The notes under the pieces: generated by a model
Databases searched by the model: none
The model's input: the letters and a program-made list of their open reading frames with translations, nothing else
Told to the model about the DNA's origin: nothing
Made by a program: the position numbers and the translations under genes
DNA from: Pseudomonadota bacterium
GTDB lineage: Bacteria > Pseudomonadota > Alphaproteobacteria > Sphingomonadales > Sphingomonadaceae
Assembly (NCBI GenBank): GCA_038526115.1
Contig: JBCBHD010000001.1
Location: 1-39,741, forward strand
DNA: 39,741 bases
Direction of reading: 5' to 3'
Shown: piece by piece, positions 37,080 through 39,741 of the stretch
How positions within the stretch are numbered: the stretch's first letter is position 1
Layout of the letters: the number at the start of each line of letters is the position of its first letter

Positions 37080-39350
37080 TCAATCGACCTCGATCTCGCG
37101 CGCTTGCGCCCAAGCACTCAGCTCTGCGCGCATGTCTGTTCCAGGATTGTTGAGCCACCCAGTTACAGCCTCAGATAATTCAGCAAGATCGACTTTCCGC
37201 ACGAGTTCCTTGATCGGCCCAACAGCCGCAGGCGTAATCGACAACCGCCGAAAACCGATCCCTAGCAGGGCGAGTGCTTCGAGCCGTCGACCACCCATTT
37301 CGCCGCAAACTCCAACATCCACCCCGCTCCCTTCAGTCGCCTGGGAAACCCGGCGCAGGAAACGCAGGATCGATGGGCTGAGCCAGTCATATCGCTGCGC
37401 GATCTTGGGATTGGCGCGGTCTGCCGCGAATAGGAACTGAGTCAAATCATTGGTGCCAATCGACAAGAAGTCCAGTTTCGGTAGCAGCAGATCAAGCACT
37501 TCCGCCAATGCCGGGACTTCCAGCATCGCGCCGTAATGGATTGCATCAGGCAAGAGTTTCTTGTGCTTACGCAGAAATGCGAGCTGATCTTCGAAAACAG
37601 CCTTGGCCGCATCAAACTCCCAAGGTTCCGACACCATTGGAAACATGACGTACAGCGACCGGCCAGCACTTGCTTCGAGCAGAGCGCGAGCCTGCGCTTT
37701 CATAAGACCCTGGCGTTCGAGGGCGAGCCGTAAGGCACGCCAGCCCATTGCGGGATTCTCGTCATTCTCGGCCACTTCAGACGCCAAATATGGAACCGCC
37801 TTGTCGCCGCCAATATCGACGGTACGGAAAATGACGGGTTTATCGCCAGCGGCGTCCAGCACATCGCGATAAAGACGCATCTGGCGTTCACGTTGCGGCA
37901 GCGTGGCTGAAACAAGGAACTGGAATTCAGTGCGAAACAGGCCGACGCCATCGGCTCCGGTCATGACCAATGAACTGATATCGTCGCGAAGTCCGGCATT
38001 CATCATGACCTGAATGCGGGTGCCGCAGCGTGTAAATGGTTCGACCTCGCGCAGTTCAGCGTAGGTCGCCTGCTTTTCTCGCGATTTGGCAAAGCGCGCT
38101 TCGAACGCTTCGGCTACCTGTGTCGATGGGCGCACCGTCGCATTGGCCGCATCTGCATCGAGCAAGATCTCATCGCCATCGCGAATGATGCCGCGAATAC
38201 CCTTGGCTTGGCCTAAAACCGGGACCCCCATAGCCCGCGCAACAATCACGACATGCGCGGTGAGCGATCCTTCTTCCAAGATGACGCCTTTCAACCGTCG
38301 CCGATCATACTCAAGCAGTTCTGCGGGGCCGAGATTGCGCGCTATCAGGATGGTGTCGCGCCTCAATCCTTGCGATGCTGCAGTTCCAAGCTGACCTGAA
38401 ACGATCCGAACAAGCCGGTTTGCCAGATCTTCCAGATCGTGCATCCGGTCCGCCAGCAGCGGATCGTCAATCTCGCGCATCCGCATTCGGGTATGTTGTT
38501 GCACACGCTCAATCGCAGCTTCCGCTGTAAGCCCGCTGTCGATCGCTTCGTTAATGCGGCGCGACCATCCTTCGTCATAAGCGAACATCTTGTAGGTCTT
38601 GAGCACTTCCTCATGCTCACCGCCGATGCCGAATTCCGCTTGATTGGAAAGCGTATCGATCTGCTCACGCATCTTATCGAACGCTCTGTAGACCCGTTGG
38701 CGTTCCGCCTCGATATCTTCCGCCACGACTTGGGTGATCTGCACGCGAGGCTGATGATAGACGGCCTGACCAGCGCCCAGACCTTTAACGAGCGCCAGAC
38801 CGTTGATCGTCTGTGTTCCTGTCTGCCCTTGGCTAAGCCCGCGGGCCTCTTCCTCATCGACCAGCTCTGCATTGGCGATGAGCTCAGAGAGGACCATTGC
38901 CGTCGTCTGAAGCGCTTCGATTTCAACATCTTCGTAGCGGCGCGGTTCAAGATGCTGCACGCAGAGCACGCCCACCGCCCGTTCGCGATAAACGATTGGA
39001 ACACCGGCAAAGGAATGGAATTTCTCTTCGCCGGTCTCGGGGCGATACTGGAAGTCCGGGTGGGCTTTTGCTTCGGCAAGGTTCAGCGTTTCGACATTGT
39101 CGGCAATAGTGCCGGTCAAACCCTCGCCGATCGCCATCCGTGTCACGTGCACGGCGCTTTGATTGAGACCACGGGTCGCAAAAAGCTCCAACATGCCTTC
39201 GCGAAGCAGGTAGATCGAACACACCTCGCTAATGAGGCACTCACCCACAATCTCGACCACACGATCCAGTTTGCCCTGCGCGTGCATGCGCGAGGCCATA
39301 ACCTCGTGAAGGCCGGTGAGAATCTGACGGGCGGAAGCGGCAGCGGTCAT
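37080..39350 (-). CDS. ptsP: PEP-protein phosphotransferase EI-Ntr (GAF + enzyme I)
   Basis: GAF EVCSIYL...ATRGL, TAHVVIVARA, GVGLFRTEF, SIGTNDLTQF, CGEMG. Confidence 0.96.
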   Translation of the reverse strand: MTAAASARQILTGLHEVMASRMHAQGKLDRVVEIVGECLISEVCSIYLLREGMLELFATRGLNQSAVHVTRMAIGEGLTGTIADNVETLNLAEAKAHPDFQYRPETGEEKFHSFAGVPIVYRERAVGVLCVQHLEPRRYEDVEIEALQTTAMVLSELIANAELVDEEEARGLSQGQTGTQTINGLALVKGLGAGQAVYHQPRVQITQVVAEDIEAERQRVYRAFDKMREQIDTLSNQAEFGIGGEHEEVLKTYKMFAYDEGWSRRINEAIDSGLTAEAAIERVQQHTRMRMREIDDPLLADRMHDLEDLANRLVRIVSGQLGTAASQGLRRDTILIARNLGPAELLEYDRRRLKGVILEEGSLTAHVVIVARAMGVPVLGQAKGIRGIIRDGDEILLDADAANATVRPSTQVAEAFEARFAKSREKQATYAELREVEPFTRCGTRIQVMMNAGLRDDISSLVMTGADGVGLFRTEFQFLVSATLPQRERQMRLYRDVLDAAGDKPVIFRTVDIGGDKAVPYLASEVAENDENPAMGWRALRLALERQGLMKAQARALLEASAGRSLYVMFPMVSEPWEFDAAKAVFEDQLAFLRKHKKLLPDAIHYGAMLEVPALAEVLDLLLPKLDFLSIGTNDLTQFLFAADRANPKIAQRYDWLSPSILRFLRRVSQATEGSGVDVGVCGEMGGRRLEALALLGIGFRRLSITPAAVGPIKELVRKVDLAELSEAVTGWLNNPGTDMRAELSAWAQAREIEVD

Positions 39351-39424
39351 GCTGACACTGGCCTAGGGTTCGGACTGAAGTCCCGCAAGCCCAAGGCTTG
39401 CCCAAAGATCAAATCAGGCGCTTT

Positions 39425-39592
39425 TCAATTGCGCGTGATCTCTTCCTTTAATCGGAGCTTTTGTTTCTTGAGAGCCTGGATCGTCGCAGTGTCAGGCGCT
39501 GGCCGGGCCATTTCTTCACGAAGCTGAGCTTCGAGACCAGCATGCTTATGCTGGAGCGCATTGACGTGGGAGGAAGCTGCGGACGACGCCAT
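39425..39592 (-). CDS. YdcH/DUF465 family small protein (55 aa; below the ORF-track cutoff)
   Basis: Hand translation MASSAASSHVNALQHKHAGLEAQLREEMARPAPDTATIQALKKQKLRLKEEITRN; SD AGGAGA. Confidence 0.85.
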   Translation of the reverse strand: MASSAASSHVNALQHKHAGLEAQLREEMARPAPDTATIQALKKQKLRLKEEITRN

Positions 39593-39741
39593 AGAGGTTC
39601 TCCTTATATCAAGTCGGGGGGCTGCCCCCCGGGGAGCGACTCGTCCAGCGCGGACGAACCGCAGAAGGTGATCAAACCATAAGATGATTAACTTGCAAAC
39701 CTCTTCATTCGGGTGAAACGGTGTTTCCGCGGTGAGAAGCG

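Noticed and set aside
1-39741. Mobile elements, prophage, tRNA/rRNA genes and CRISPR arrays
   Set aside because: No transposase, integrase, phage gene, tRNA cloverleaf, rRNA or repeat-spacer array was recognised in the window.

Overview
The window looks like a Sphingomonadales (probably Erythrobacteraceae) chromosome segment, inferred from gene content and order. The left ~8.2 kb is an accessory, minus-strand thiopeptide-type RiPP operon that runs off the left edge. It holds three tandem Ser/Cys-rich precursors (leader ...DAMAMPETGA, core SSGISSCNSCSCCASTSCC plus a hydrophobic-Lys tail), an ABC exporter pair, a split LanB glutamylation enzyme, a TbtD-like [4+2] pyridine synthase and an RRE-containing Ocin-ThiF protein. 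Characterised thiopeptides come almost entirely from Actinomycetota and Bacillota, so this cluster in a Gram-negative alphaproteobacterium is the main finding. Between the precursors and the exporter lies a ~295-nt run of four abutting hairpins whose G-U pairs and CUUG tetraloops favour the antisense (+) strand. The rest is mostly core genome: PiuC-like dioxygenase, TetR/TonB-dependent receptor, serS-surE-K+ channel, rimO, LacI/zwf-edd-glk-ppc, L,D-transpeptidase, tilS-cpoB-rodZ-ptsP and a DUF465 gene. Smaller oddities include tilS with no canonical start codon, a LuxR-pseudohydrolase fusion, a Cys-repeat secreted protein, an orphan immunity-like gene and a divergent SerRS. Family assignments come from motif recognition by eye; no database searches were run.
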